A DNA stretch of 57,031 bases, counting the filler, from Sphacelaria rigidula (Eukaryota), in assembly GCA_964200075.2 (NCBI GenBank). It is 8 parts of 8 records of this genome, joined end to end, with 100 filler letters (N's around TTAATTAATTAA, not from the genome) between each part and the next. Parts side by side here need not be neighbours in the genome. Positions count along the whole stretch, not along the records: positions 1 to 7,042 come from CAXNAA020016799.1; positions 7,143 to 14,184 come from CAXNAA020016800.1; 6 more parts are not named here. One strand, written 5' to 3'. Positions 1 to 10,861 of this stretch are shown here, one piece after another. The position numbers were made by a program, and so were the translations under genes. Position 1 is the first letter of the stretch. Each line of letters opens with the position of its first letter. The notes beneath the pieces are model-generated. The model was not told the origin of the DNA. It searched no databases and was given only the letters and a program-made list of their open reading frames with translations.

Positions 1-26
1 CCCCACCCCCCCCTCCTCCCCCCCCC

Positions 27-68
27 ACTAAGGCAAACAACAAATTAGTACGCCCCCCCCCCCCCCCT
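27..68 (+). mobile_element. Extreme 3' remnant of the poly(C)-ended LINE family
   Basis: ACTAAGGCAAACAACAAATTAGTACG followed by C16 matches the LINE 3' end at 46420-46459 and the copy at 44171-44242; C-runs flank both sides. Confidence 0.75.
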
Positions 69-406
69 TGTTTTTCGCTCTTCAATCTATTGCTTGGTTC
101 TCTTTCCCCAATTTTTTCGACCTTCTTTCAGCGAGTTCTCCCGTTTCCGTCCACCTTATGGTACCGTCTACCTTGTGACCACGCCTGAAATCAGGGGCTG
201 GGCTCTCACTCGCAACTACTTTGAGCCTTCATCACGTATATGTCTTGAACTGAGAGGAGGGCGGGGGTAAGAAAGGCGTCAAGATGCCAATACAGTACCT
301 TCCCCTTTTTGTCGAGCCCAGACTCCCCAACAGGCGAATCGCACTCGACGCCATCTTCATCAAGACCTGTGATATCAATCACCTGATCAGTTATGGGGGT
401 GCGGAC

Positions 407-545
407 GGGGCGGGCGTATTCATTTATTGCTTGACTTAGTCGTTCGGCCATTGACCACGCATCCCTCTCGATACGGAGCACCGTTCCTGCTTCGAAGAGA
501 GGCACCTCCAACAGCTCGGTGTTCATTACGTTTCTCCCGTAGGTC
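407..545 (-). mobile_element. 5'-truncated 3' end of the poly(C)-ended LINE
   Basis: Minus strand translates REKRNEHRAVGGASLRSRNGAPYREGCVVNGRTTKSSNK*, aligning to the LINE C-terminus at 46320-46437 (WKKHNEHLNV*GLSVKSSNDASSRKECVVHGRTTEVSNK); ends in ATACGCCCGCCCC; homology may extend to ~720. Confidence 0.8.
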
Positions 546-1495
546 AGGGGTGCTCGCCTCTCGTATCTCAGATACACACGACAAAATCTCTTACCTGCAA
601 GAACTCTTCTCCTTGCCTCCTCTTCCTCCCTTTTCACCCCATTTGCCTTTTCAGCGAACGCTAATTGTTCGCAGTTTATTTCTTTTGCACCTCTCCCCCT
701 TCTCGAGTTCCCTCTAGTGAGCCCGTGTTTGTTTTTGTTTTACTTTGGGTTCCTCTACCACGTGGCCGAGCACGGGCTGGATTCGAAGCGGATGGGTATA
801 GTTAACGTGCGACAATCGATCAGGAGTTGAAGAATAACACCCGCACCTCATTCGGAACAAAAATCCTATATTTTGGTCCGTGCTTTTTTCCAGTCTGTAC
901 AGACCAAAGCTCGGATTTCCACACCACAGAAGTTGTTATACAATACTGGCTGGTTCCGGGTGAACGCCATAACATTAATTCCCCACTAGATATAGAACGC
1001 AAAATTGACCCGATCGTTACATATTTGGCATCATAGTGACTCCCACGAGCAAGCAAGTGGTGCGGCATGGCCAAACGTGTTCGTGCGCTCTTTGCCGTGG
1101 CGCTGGTAGTGAATGCTTATCGGCCAATCAGAGGCCTTCAAAATGTTTTGAAATTCAAAATGCGAATTCCCGACACAATATGTACCCAATCTCACCACGA
1201 GTCAAACCTTAGCGACCTCCACCATCGAGGGAATCTAATGCTAAAAAACACATTCGAACACGGTTTGTTCGGGATTGAGCTATACCCCAAAACGTGGTAA
1301 TTCGATGGTGTGGCGTTTTGGCGTCGTCAAATTCCCCCTGATAATCTGCATCAAAGGTCCACACAGCTCCTTGAAGTTTTCCCTCATAAGTGTCGTAGGA
1401 AAGCTCCGATCATCATCAAACTTGGCAGCTATGTACATATGGGGGCTACAAATCAGGAAAGAGATTAGTTGAACAGTAGTTCAAAGTCTATCCGC

Positions 1496-1549
1496 TCTCT
1501 ACCGGCTTCTAGGGATCCCAGTTTAAAGACCCCCAGAAGCCGGTACAGA
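1496..1549. repeat. Imperfect inverted repeat (hairpin)
   Basis: TACCGGCTTCTAGGGATC (1500-1517) and GACCCCCAGAAGCCGGTA (1528-1545) pair at 16 of 18 positions around a 10-nt loop. Confidence 0.8.
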
Positions 1550-1669
1550 TTGCCTCAACATATAAATTCAAATTTGATTCGTTCCGAGGTTGTCCAAGAA
1601 ACATTTGTGTAAAGTTCCGTTCTCTAACTCAAAAATGTGATCCCGAACGGTCGATGCAAGCTCAAGCGC

Positions 1670-2340
1670 ACAAGGAAAACGTCGGTAGCATACTATAATC
1701 AAGAAATTACAAAGGGAATGCATTGAGGCTACCGCGATGAAACGAACCCTCCTACACGCCGGCCCCGTTATGCGTATGCACGATGACCGCCTCCCTAACG
1801 TAGTCATGCGTGGAGTGATGGTTGGAGGGAATACGAGGGCAGGCCGGCCCGCGAGGCGCCTAAAACATTTCATCACCGACTACTGCTCATACTTCGGAAT
1901 ACCCGCGACATCGTGGACGCAGGTTGCCCAAGATGTGTCCGAATAGTCTCGAGTTGTAGAGGAAGGGGTTAGTTTGAATATGACAGCTTGGACCAAAGCA
2001 CGCCAGGCTAAGGAGTTGTTTGCTGTACTGCCTTAAGAGTTCCCCCAGTGCCGACCGAGGACCTCCAAAAAAGTAATATGTAGTCCATTCGGGCAGTACA
2101 CTCGCTGCCGCCTTTCTCCGAACAGCTGTGGTGGTCGTCTATGAGGGTGCCTGGGGTTGTTTTTGTTTTTGAGTTGAACCCTAGCATGGTGGCCATGCTA
2201 ATCTCTTTGCGTCACCTGTCTTTTCCTGTTTTGCCCTTTATTGTATTTCCTCTTCCATTCTTTCGGTGTACATTTCTGACAGATCTGGCGTTTGCTGTTT
2301 GTTTGTTTCTTTCTTTTCTCTCTTTCTTTCTCTCCCCGTT
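1670..2340 (+). mobile_element. Decayed RTE-clade LINE, C-terminal region and 3' UTR
   Basis: ECIEATAMKRTLLHAGPVMRMHDDRLPNVVMRGVMVGGNTRAGRPARRLKHFITDYCSYFGIPATSWTQVAQD matches the RTE post-RT motif (R..WAGHV.RM.D.RLP....G......GRP......D....GI....W...A.DR); in-frame stop at 1944-1946; T-rich tail; boundaries approximate. Confidence 0.8.
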
Positions 2341-3070
2341 GAACTCGGGGGAGCTACTTCTCACCGGTTTTCGTGGCGTATCTCTTCTTCTTATATTTTT
2401 GGTAGTATGTCTCGTAAGGGATAGCAGGGACGGTATTGGAAAGACGAGCCTACGTCTGTGACCACGGGTTCGCGAGATCGGGCTAATCATCGGAAATAAT
2501 GATGACGATAATAGTAATTCCGCCAGATATCCAGGGTCGCATGAGGCGGTGTCGAATACTTCCTGACACAAAGTGGCGCGCAACATCAGATTTTATTCAG
2601 CTATCCTCGAAGGCCCCCACAACAACAAATCAATGATTTCCCTCCCTCCCAAGCACCGAGACAATGTCAACACTCAACAAGGTGTCACCGGTGCAAACTC
2701 GTACGTGACTTGGGCTTCCGAACAAAATCTTTGCGAAGTAGAAATGACTCGGTACCGGTGACAGCTTCTGTAGTGTTGGACACCTTCTTCACGCTTGGGA
2801 TAGGGAGGGAAACACTTCATGTATTGTTGTCGAGGCCTCAGAGGATAGCTGAAAAGATTTTCATGTTGCGTGCCACTATGTTTAAGGGAGTATTCTACGC
2901 TTCGCTCTACATCTCCCAGTGAGAAAAAATAGACTCGATGACTTTGCTAGCCGAGGTTTGGGTAGACCAGGAAAACAACAACTGGTTTCTCATGCAACAT
3001 CTTCGTTCGCCGCGCTCAAAAATTATGATGTGCCCGTAATTCTCAAGTCGACTGCGCCTGCCTCGCCTAC

Positions 3071-5588
3071 CTGAGATGGTTGTGCCGGAGCGGGGGCCGC
3101 AGGCACCGTGTCGGGGCACGATCCGTTCGCCGGCTCTTCCTCTCCCAAGAAAAAGTAGGCGGGAGTCGGAGTGTCCGTGACGCCATGGAGCGGCGGCTCC
3201 GGGGTCAGGGACTGTGTGTACTTTTCCAATTCGACCTGCTCTGCCGACTTTGGGGGGGGCTTCTTTCCCTCCTCCACGGGCTTGCGTCCCACCTTCTCCT
3301 TTGCTTTTGTCGCCACCGGCGGCACAGGAGAAGGCACCGGTGCAGGTACCGGCGCTGCTGCAGTAGCTGTCGCCGTCGCGATCGTCGCTCTGACCGGCGC
3401 TGCCGCCGCCGTTCCCGACACAGGCGCTTGCTGGTCTATGGTTGGACCTGACGAAGTAGCATTCGCTTCACTGTGATCCACGTTTGGGGGCGGAACGGCC
3501 ACCTTCGTCTTCGTGCCTGCACTTTCGGTTGGCACCGCCGGCGGCAGCTTGGTTGCTACCACAGGCGAGGGCTGTTCGACTGCAGATGCTTGTGCGGTGT
3601 CGTCGCGGTGGCGATGCTTCTGTCCTGGGATCGAAGCGACCACTTTGACCCTTTTGAGTCGCCTCCCCTCATCAGCGATCGCCACCATCGCTGCTGTACA
3701 TTCTTCCACACTAAGCCCTTCCTCAGCTTCTGCTTCTGTGTATCCCTTCTCCTCCCCCTTCGCGCTCCGCTTTCTTTTGGTATCGCCCTTGACACGATCT
3801 TCGTCGGCGTAACCTCCAATGCTGGCACCAGCAAAAAACTCAGATATCTCCCCAGTATTCCCAGTATTCCCACTATGAACGGTGTAGATCGGTGCACGAA
3901 AGGTCACTTTTGCCACCGCCGCTGTCGCCGTCACCGCTCGTACCGAACTCTCACTACCGGATCTGCCACCACGGGCGCCGTCAGGGTCAGAGGGAGGCGC
4001 CGCATTGCTTCTGCCTATATCTATCGTGGGTTTCTTCGCCTTCTGCGCTGTCGCCAACATGTCCTCGTCACCACTTGCCGCCACGCTGTCGTCGCCGGCG
4101 AGGACAGGACAACACACTGCCTTACCTTTGCTTCCACTCTTGGTTACCTTTCGCTTGCCCTTCTTATCCACAACCGACACATCATCACAATTGCCTGCCG
4201 CGCTGCGGTCACCGCCACCACAGCTTCCGTCGAGACCGGTTGGTGGCGCAGGGGCGGAACCAACGGCTACTGCCGCCGTTCCCACCCCGATCGACGTGTG
4301 GTCTGTGATTGTACCACCGCTGGCACCGTCGGGGGCGGAACGAGGCGCCGCTGTGCCCTTCACCGTGCCTTTGACAACCTTACCCTTGGCTACCGTACCC
4401 TTGGCTACCTTGCTCTTGGCTGCTTTGGGGGCCGGGCGTCGCGATTTTGCGATGGGACCGAATTGTTCAGACACCAGCTGGAGCATGGCCCCTCGCACAG
4501 ATGGTTCCAATGTCGGTATATCGATGGATTTCCCCTGTCTACCACTAACAACGCCACGCCCAAAGTCCTTGTTAGCGTATAAAGTAGCTCTATCACGAGC
4601 GGTGACCGCAGATGGTGTCGCTTCAGCGGAGGCTGACGTCCCGGCGGCGGTGTTATTGCTGCAGCTGCTGTTGGCGTGGCCGGTTCGCGCCCTACCCTTC
4701 GAGGTGAAAGCAGCGGCAGCCCCGTCTGCGGCGCCCTGCCCGGAAACTTTCCCCAACGCCTTCTCCTTCCTCTGGCCGCGCGTAGCTCGCGGAGAGAACA
4801 AAAGTACCGCGGGTGCGCCCCCCCCGGGTCGAGGCGTCTTCACACTCTTGCTCTTTATCTTCATATCCGCCCTAGAATTCTCAGCCGTGGAACTCACTTC
4901 ATAATTTTTCCCGTTCGGGGGTGCGCCCGGCGTCGGCTTCTTCTTTTCGTTGTTACATATATATGCGGGTACGACAGGTGGTGTCGATGCAGTCAGTGCA
5001 GCCACCGCTACTCCCGTCTTTCCTGCTGCTGTGCCGGCCACGCCTTCTTTGTCTACCGGGGCAACGACGTGGCAATTGGTGCCTGATGCCGCGGCAGGAC
5101 GTTTCGAACCAACCTTCCTTATCCTCTTTGAGCGCTGCCGTGCGCTCTCCGAGTCCGCAATCGACAACTGCAAAAAAAACGCATCCGCACTTTGGACGTC
5201 GCTGCCTTGCTCTGCCAGGCGCGGCGATCTTCTTGTTCCCAAGTTTTGCTCGGCAGTAAACTTCCGCTTCCGTCCGGTCAACACACCGCCACCCTTGGAC
5301 CCACCACGTTTGGCGCGGCTGCTGACGCTTTGCGCGGGCGACGACAGTTGCGCCGGCTTGTCGCGAGCTCCGGCCGCGGATTCACCTCCTTCGATGCTAG
5401 CGTCGCTCTTGCTCTTGCTGCTGCTGTGGCCGTTCGGTACATGTGCTTCGGTCGCAGCGGTGACCGCGGGCGGGGGCTTGGAAACCAGCGATGGCGAATG
5501 TTGTTGGCGAGAAGAGGACCCGCGAGATTTATCAATTTCCGTGTCGCGGCGTCCATGCGTTGCTGACTCGGCGTCTGCCCCGGCACGA
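3071..5588 (-). CDS. Large internal exon of a low-complexity, basic, probably disordered protein
   Basis: Frame is open from 5635 to 3023 (~870 codons). A pyrimidine tract precedes AG acceptors at 5589/5590 or 5575/5576, and a CAG|GTAGGC donor follows 3071. A/G/K/S/T-rich, with KR clusters and RRSPRL. A possible next exon starts at 2562 (EVFDTAS...), low confidence. Confidence 0.75.
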
Positions 5589-6377
5589 CTGTCACGTCGA
5601 ACGCATGGACGAAGCAGGAAAGACAGAGTGGGGGGTCATGGATGTGAGTGTTTTGAGCTGAGTGCAATATTGAAATCTGTGCACAGTAGATACCCATGCA
5701 ATATCAGGTGAAGGCACAGCCACCAAAATAGGGAACCACTGCACAGCAATTACGCATCGATGCACCCAACAGCAAGTTGGATTCTGGCGAGGGGTCAACG
5801 GCTTCCGGGTATGCCGGAGTCCAGGTTGAGCGAGCGGTATTGTGCAAACTTACAGCTACGGAAAATGTGTGAAAAAAAAAAAAGAAGAAAGAATTGAGAG
5901 CATTAGCAACAGGGAGAACCAATGGTACCATACCTTCAGCCTTTTCCCTGTTTTTTCATTACAAGTTGTGACCGAACATCATTTTGGGGGGGAATACGGG
6001 TGATTCCACTGTACTTTCGTGCGCGGTGGTGAAAGAGCACAGTGGTGCATGCGCTGCAGTAGTCAGTACATAGAACATATCCATACTCCAAGACACGACG
6101 GTTATGGGTATTTTACAAAGACCAACGCAGTACAGTACAGTTTAGCCACCAATATGTGCGAGTACACTACCCAATCAGATATCGCCACAGCCACACGCTA
6201 CTTAATCATACAGGTACAATCAATCACATTCGTTCCGCAACACCATTACACGAGCCTCCTGTAACAACCGATATATGTGTAGCGTCGTGCAACAAGACTA
6301 TAAATGATCAAAATCGAAGCATACTCATTCAGGGGCTTTCGAATCTGAAAAACAGGGTATATCTTATCGTTTGTGCA

Positions 6378-6654
6378 TGTAAAAGATACTGTTTCGCACC
6401 ACATGTGCAGAATCGGAAAACAGGCCAGAACGATCCCAATCTATCAGCCTAACCAGGGTATAGAGTAGCTTTGAGGAGAACCTCCGCTCTGCACATGGGC
6501 CGTACGGGACATGACTACGTTCCTCCTCGTTTTCTGCAAGGTACAGGCGCAGCGCATATCTTCGGTTGACATGTCTGAAACATTCCAACCGAAAACGGTG
6601 TTTTACCGAGCTTTTCCGATTCTGCACATCTGACCCGAAACAGTATATGTTACA
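6378..6654. repeat. ~43-bp inverted repeat pair, MITE/foldback-like
   Basis: 6378-6420 (TGTAAAAGATACTGTTTCGCACCACATGTGCAGAATCGGAAAA) is an imperfect reverse complement of 6612-6654; ~190-bp spacer. Confidence 0.7.
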
Positions 6655-6947
6655 GGCGGAAGACGTGAAGGTACGTACAATACACCTTTCCTGCCAAGAG
6701 TTGAAGGTCCTCGATCCAATTTTCACGTCCATTAGTCAGAAATTAACGGCCATCACACCATTTCTCCTGGGACCCGGTCAAGATCAAATCGAGACTGATT
6801 TTGAACAAAAATGTGGGAAACCGTATTTTACGGAACGAAATGATTGCCGATTTTTGAAATTGTTGAAATATGAAAGTGACCCAAGGGCACACGAAATAAT
6901 CTTCTTTCTACGTTCACGTACCCACTTTCTTATTTTCGACCTCACAT

Positions 6948-7042
6948 CGGGGGGAGGGGGGGGGGGGGGTACTGATGGCTCTGCATGCCGTAGCCATGCA
7001 CCATTGACCCATCCCTACAAAGCCGAGACGGAGCACGCCGGG
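6948..7042 (-). mobile_element. 3' end of the ~500-bp poly(C)-ended SINE-like element, cut by the contig end
   Basis: G-run followed by TACT...CATTGACCCATCCCTACAAAGCCGAGACGGAGCACGCCGGG, matching 21088-21172. Confidence 0.8.
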
Positions 7043-7142
7043 NNNNNNNNNNNNNNNNNNNNNNNNNNNNNNNNNNNNNNNNNNNNTTAATTAATTAANN
7101 NNNNNNNNNNNNNNNNNNNNNNNNNNNNNNNNNNNNNNNNNN
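7043..7142. other. Artificial contig linker N44-TTAATTAATTAA-N44 (also at 14185-14284, 21327-21426, 28468-28567, 35609-35708, 42750-42849, 49891-49990)
   Basis: Identical 100-bp spacer with stops in all six frames, recurring every 7141-7142 bp. Confidence 0.99.
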
Positions 7143-7339
7143 AAGGAAAAACCAAGGGACAATTGTGGGGGGAAGGGGGGGGGTGCCTTCCTCAGCCCCC
7201 CCGGGGGCGATCAAGCCTTGAGCCCCCCCCCCCCCCCCCTTCCCTGTATCGTTGGACGGTTTTTAGACGACTGTGGCTGTAAAGCAGGTGATTTCGGCTT
7301 GGCACTGTATCTACGTATCGCGGATCCACTCCAACTGCT

Positions 7340-7596
7340 GAGTGATGCTACGGTAGGGGTGCACAAGTATTTTCTGAGATTAGAATTGTTAGGAGCCCTT
7401 CATCTCATCCAAAACACGACTTATGAAAATATGTGAGAGTAAGCCAGGATTACTATCCCAATGTGCTAGGGATATCCCGAATGAATTTGCGTACGGGAAT
7501 GTTCTGACCCATATTCTTGGGCATCTAGAATCGCTAGGAGCCCCTGAACCAGACAAGATTTCGGGCAAAAAGTGCACCCCTACCGTAGCATTGCTC
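7340..7596. mobile_element. Non-autonomous DNA transposon (MITE), Sola2-like, copy 1
   Basis: 25-bp TIRs GAGTGATGCTACGGTAGGGGTGCAC / GTGCACCCCTACCGTAGCATTGCTC; exact 4-bp TSD TGCT. Confidence 0.92.
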
Positions 7597-8008
7597 TGCT
7601 CCCCGAACGGATTGCGCCTGTAGATACTACGCCGACGGTGACTACGCTTACGGGCACATGACTACCGTATGCCACATGAGAAAGTATGTTCTACTGCCTG
7701 GGCGGTCTTCAAAACTGGATTCGACCTCCACGAGATCGCGTCGCAGCACCCGATAAAATTCGTGTGCTCATGCAGTCTACGCAGGGATATATAATATTGG
7801 TCGCCCTTTTTGTGTGTCCACGTACTTACGCATGGACGCCGCTAACTGCAGCAAGACCAATCCGACGTTGGGCTAACTTGAAGACAAGTTTACGCTGGCA
7901 TAGCGGCGGCAGCAGTAGCAGCAACAACTCTCGAGGTTCTTCTCATGACCACCTCGTGCTCAGCGAAAGGGAGCTGTTCCGATCCCGAAGGCTGGGGGAG
8001 GAGAAAAC

Positions 8009-8264
8009 GAGTGATGCTACGATAGGGATGCACAAATATTTTCTGAGCTTGGATATGTTAGGAGTCCCTTATCTCGTCCAAAACACGAGTTATGAAATAC
8101 GTGAAAGCGCGCCAGAATTACCATTCCAATGTGCTAGGGACATCCCGAATAAAACTCGCAGGTGGGGATACCCTGACCCATGTTCTGGTCCATCTAGAAT
8201 CGTTAGGAGCCCCTGAACCAGACAAGATTTGCGAAAGAAGTTCACCCCTACCGTAGCATTGCTC
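8009..8264. mobile_element. Sola2-like MITE, copy 2
   Basis: Same TIRs and body as copy 1; TSD AAAC. Confidence 0.92.
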
Positions 8265-8507
8265 AAACATGGCTTGCAAACAGTAGTGGAGAGAGTGACA
8301 ACGTGTGGGCCATCGCATGTGTTCATTATATGCAAATAGTCGCGCACACGTTGAGCTATTGTCGCCCCGGTATTACATTTCTTTAGCTTGGTGGATCAGG
8401 GCCCATAACACCGATGATATTACCATGTACCTATGCTCCATTGGATGTACCCGTAGTCAATGTCATTGGACATGAACGTGGTGTGGATTGAGTGTAATTC
8501 ACCGCAC

Positions 8508-8953
8508 CTTGCGACCTCCGCTTCAAGAAAGGCTTGCGCCTTGGCGAGCCGCGCTCGCATGCTATCATTATCCTCATCCCCATCATCTTCGGCATATTCC
8601 AAATGTGCCGAAAATCGCGATAACACATGCGACTCGAGCACCTCAGGTACCCTCGTCTCTTCCTCGTTTTGCTCGCCCGCAGAACTATGAGGTCCCCCTC
8701 GTACAGGAGAGCTCATGCGTTTCTCCTCTCCGGCAGCCGTTCTTAGTTTCAGGGCAGCTCCTCCCTTCATTTGTTTTGGCGACACGTTTGCGTAGCCTCC
8801 GCGGTTGGCTTTGGAAGATCGCTGTGTTTGATTTTCTTTCGAGGTTTCTTTGACTCCGTCCTTGGGAGTAGTGTCGAGACTAGATGCTTTCAGCGGTGGT
8901 GGTGGCGAGTTGCAAAGTTCTGGATCCGCTTCCTGCTCGATCGTGGTTGTCGC
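8508..8953 (-). CDS. Third visible exon of the uncharacterised contig-2 gene
   Basis: TGTAG|GCG acceptor and AAG|GTGCGG donor; open frame ATTTIEQEADPELCNSPPPP...DSMRARLAKAQAFLEAEVAR; phase 0 start fits the upstream exon. Confidence 0.6.
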
Positions 8954-9656
8954 CTACAGTATAAAACACCAAGCGCATTTACCATAGGCTGTGCGCCAGT
9001 TGAAATTGAGTAGGGTAGGGCGGTGTTGTCTGTCTACATAGACCCTCGAATAATGTCGAAACGAGGATTTGAAGTGCAAAAAAGATGATAATAAGACGCG
9101 TTCTTGGCTTGGGGTGCTGTGACAGACTCGAAACGATCTGTGGACCGGACTTTCTGCTACGATTGTATGTCACGCTGAGCATAAGATGTTCTACAAAGTA
9201 CTTGTGCCAGATACCCCTCCCGTAGCATCATGAATAATGGAAACAATTTGATATTCTTTCGTAGGGAAATAATGTACGTACACTGTGGTGTTTCGTCAAT
9301 TCTCAGCGATGGCTACGTTGGATTCAGACCCTCTGAAGAGGTTGTCCGTCGTCAGAAAAAATGAGAGGATAATGGCGACTTTCTCGTGTCGGTCGGCTAA
9401 CGGACCATCGGGAAAAGTTCTCGATGGTTCGCCTATGAAGCTGTTCCAACGACACAGAGGAATTTCAGCGCACGTGACCTGACTGGCGATTATACCGTTC
9501 AGTCGAAACAACCTCAACATCACGAATTTATGCTTGGCTACTGTAAGCAATATATCCCCCCGCCGCTCGTCTCCACTATAGAATACTGGGCTACTATGCA
9601 AGACTAGTGAAACAAACCAGAGTCCAAACCACTGCCTCGCGAGAGAGGAAGTTGAT

Positions 9657-9913
9657 GAGAGATGCTACGGCAGGGGTGCACAAATATTTTCTGAGGTTAG
9701 AATTGTTAGGAGCCATTTATCTCATGCAAAACACGACCTATGAACATATGTGAAAGTACGCCAGGATTACTACTTCAATGTGCTGGGGATATTCCGAATG
9801 AATATGCAAACGGGGATGCCCTGACCCACATTTTGGTGCATCTAGAGTCGTTAGGAGCCCCTGAACTAGACATAATTTCGCGCAAAAAGTGCACCCCTAC
9901 CCTAGCATTGCTC
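9657..9913. mobile_element. Sola2-like MITE, copy 3 (intronic)
   Basis: Same TIRs and body; TSD TGAT. Confidence 0.92.
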
Positions 9914-10094
9914 TGATGGAGTCATAGTGGTACGGGCTATATGCAAAGCCTATAGTATATGCATTGGTTGCTGCATCATTCAAGTCCCCTCCCCCTCCTT
10001 TCTGGGTGATTAGGGTACCCAGAAGCTTTGGCGCGCAATATCGAAATTCCTTGTCCCCTCGCCCGCTCGTACATTCAAAAATATATGCCCATGC

Positions 10095-10380
10095 CTTTGG
10101 GTTCTTCCGTACTGTTTTCTTGGACGATGGTCCGAGCTTGGATTTCCCCTCAGAGGGGGGAACGTTTGTCGTGCCGGCAACTCTTGCCTCCCCGTTCGTT
10201 GTGGTGGACAGGTAGACGCAGGGGAGGGTAAACGGATTGCCTGTGCCCAAGTCCATCCCGAATCGATCCTTGAGGAGGGGGAAGCCTGTAGCCAGAAATG
10301 CCATGTCTGTTGACATGCCCGCGATGTAGTTGGCGCCTCGCACTGTAAACACTTCTGGCCTAATGAGGGTGAATCGCCAC
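10095..10380 (-). CDS. Second visible exon of the uncharacterised contig-2 gene
   Basis: CTGTAG|G acceptor completes the K codon from the upstream exon; WRFTLIRPEVFTVRGANYIAGMSTDMAFLATGFPLLKDRFGMDLGTGNPFTLP; donor is either GT after 10113 or GC after 10095, both phase 0. Confidence 0.72.
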
Positions 10381-10712
10381 CTACAGAGACGCCAATATGA
10401 ATTAATTATTGCTCAGGTAACTCACTGTCTCATACTAATTGACCGGCTACAAATCCAGCTGTAGAAACTGAACTGCGAAACATCCTCTTCCAGATCAGAG
10501 CATCCACGTAAGGCCTGTGCAGCTGACACTGGTCGGCGAACTGACACTGCTGTTACTGCAGCATCGGAGGGTACATACATATTATAGGACTTCGCTTCGT
10601 TTCTTGCATTTTCCTCACGAAAACCTGCGAGTAATGTATTACTATGATGCTGCAGGCTGGATGATTTATCGTGAGATTAAGTTGTACTTCGTAAAAGATA
10701 TTGCCAACTCAC

Positions 10713-10861
10713 TTGACTACAGCCTCGATGACTTCCAATGAGGCTTCTCGAACCTCAACCAAGGCCTGCAAAACTGTCTGCAAGCACCAGTCTTCATTTC
10801 TCTTTAACTTCCGCGATTCTTGAACGAGGAGGGTCACCAGGGCGTCCCTCCGCACTACGCT
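10713..10861 (-). CDS. First visible exon of the uncharacterised contig-2 gene
   Basis: TTGCAG| acceptor and AA|GTGAGT donor; SVVRRDALVTLLVQESRKLKRNEDWCLQTVLQALVEVREASLEVIEAVVK; splices in frame to 10380. Confidence 0.75.

Noticed and set aside
206-637. 143-aa ORF as a host gene
   Set aside because: It overlaps the LINE 3' fragment in a different frame; the homologous frame is the one ending SNK*
3080-5711. Long plus-strand ORFs (369, 299 and 253 aa, among others)
   Set aside because: Antisense shadows of the GC-rich minus-strand exon
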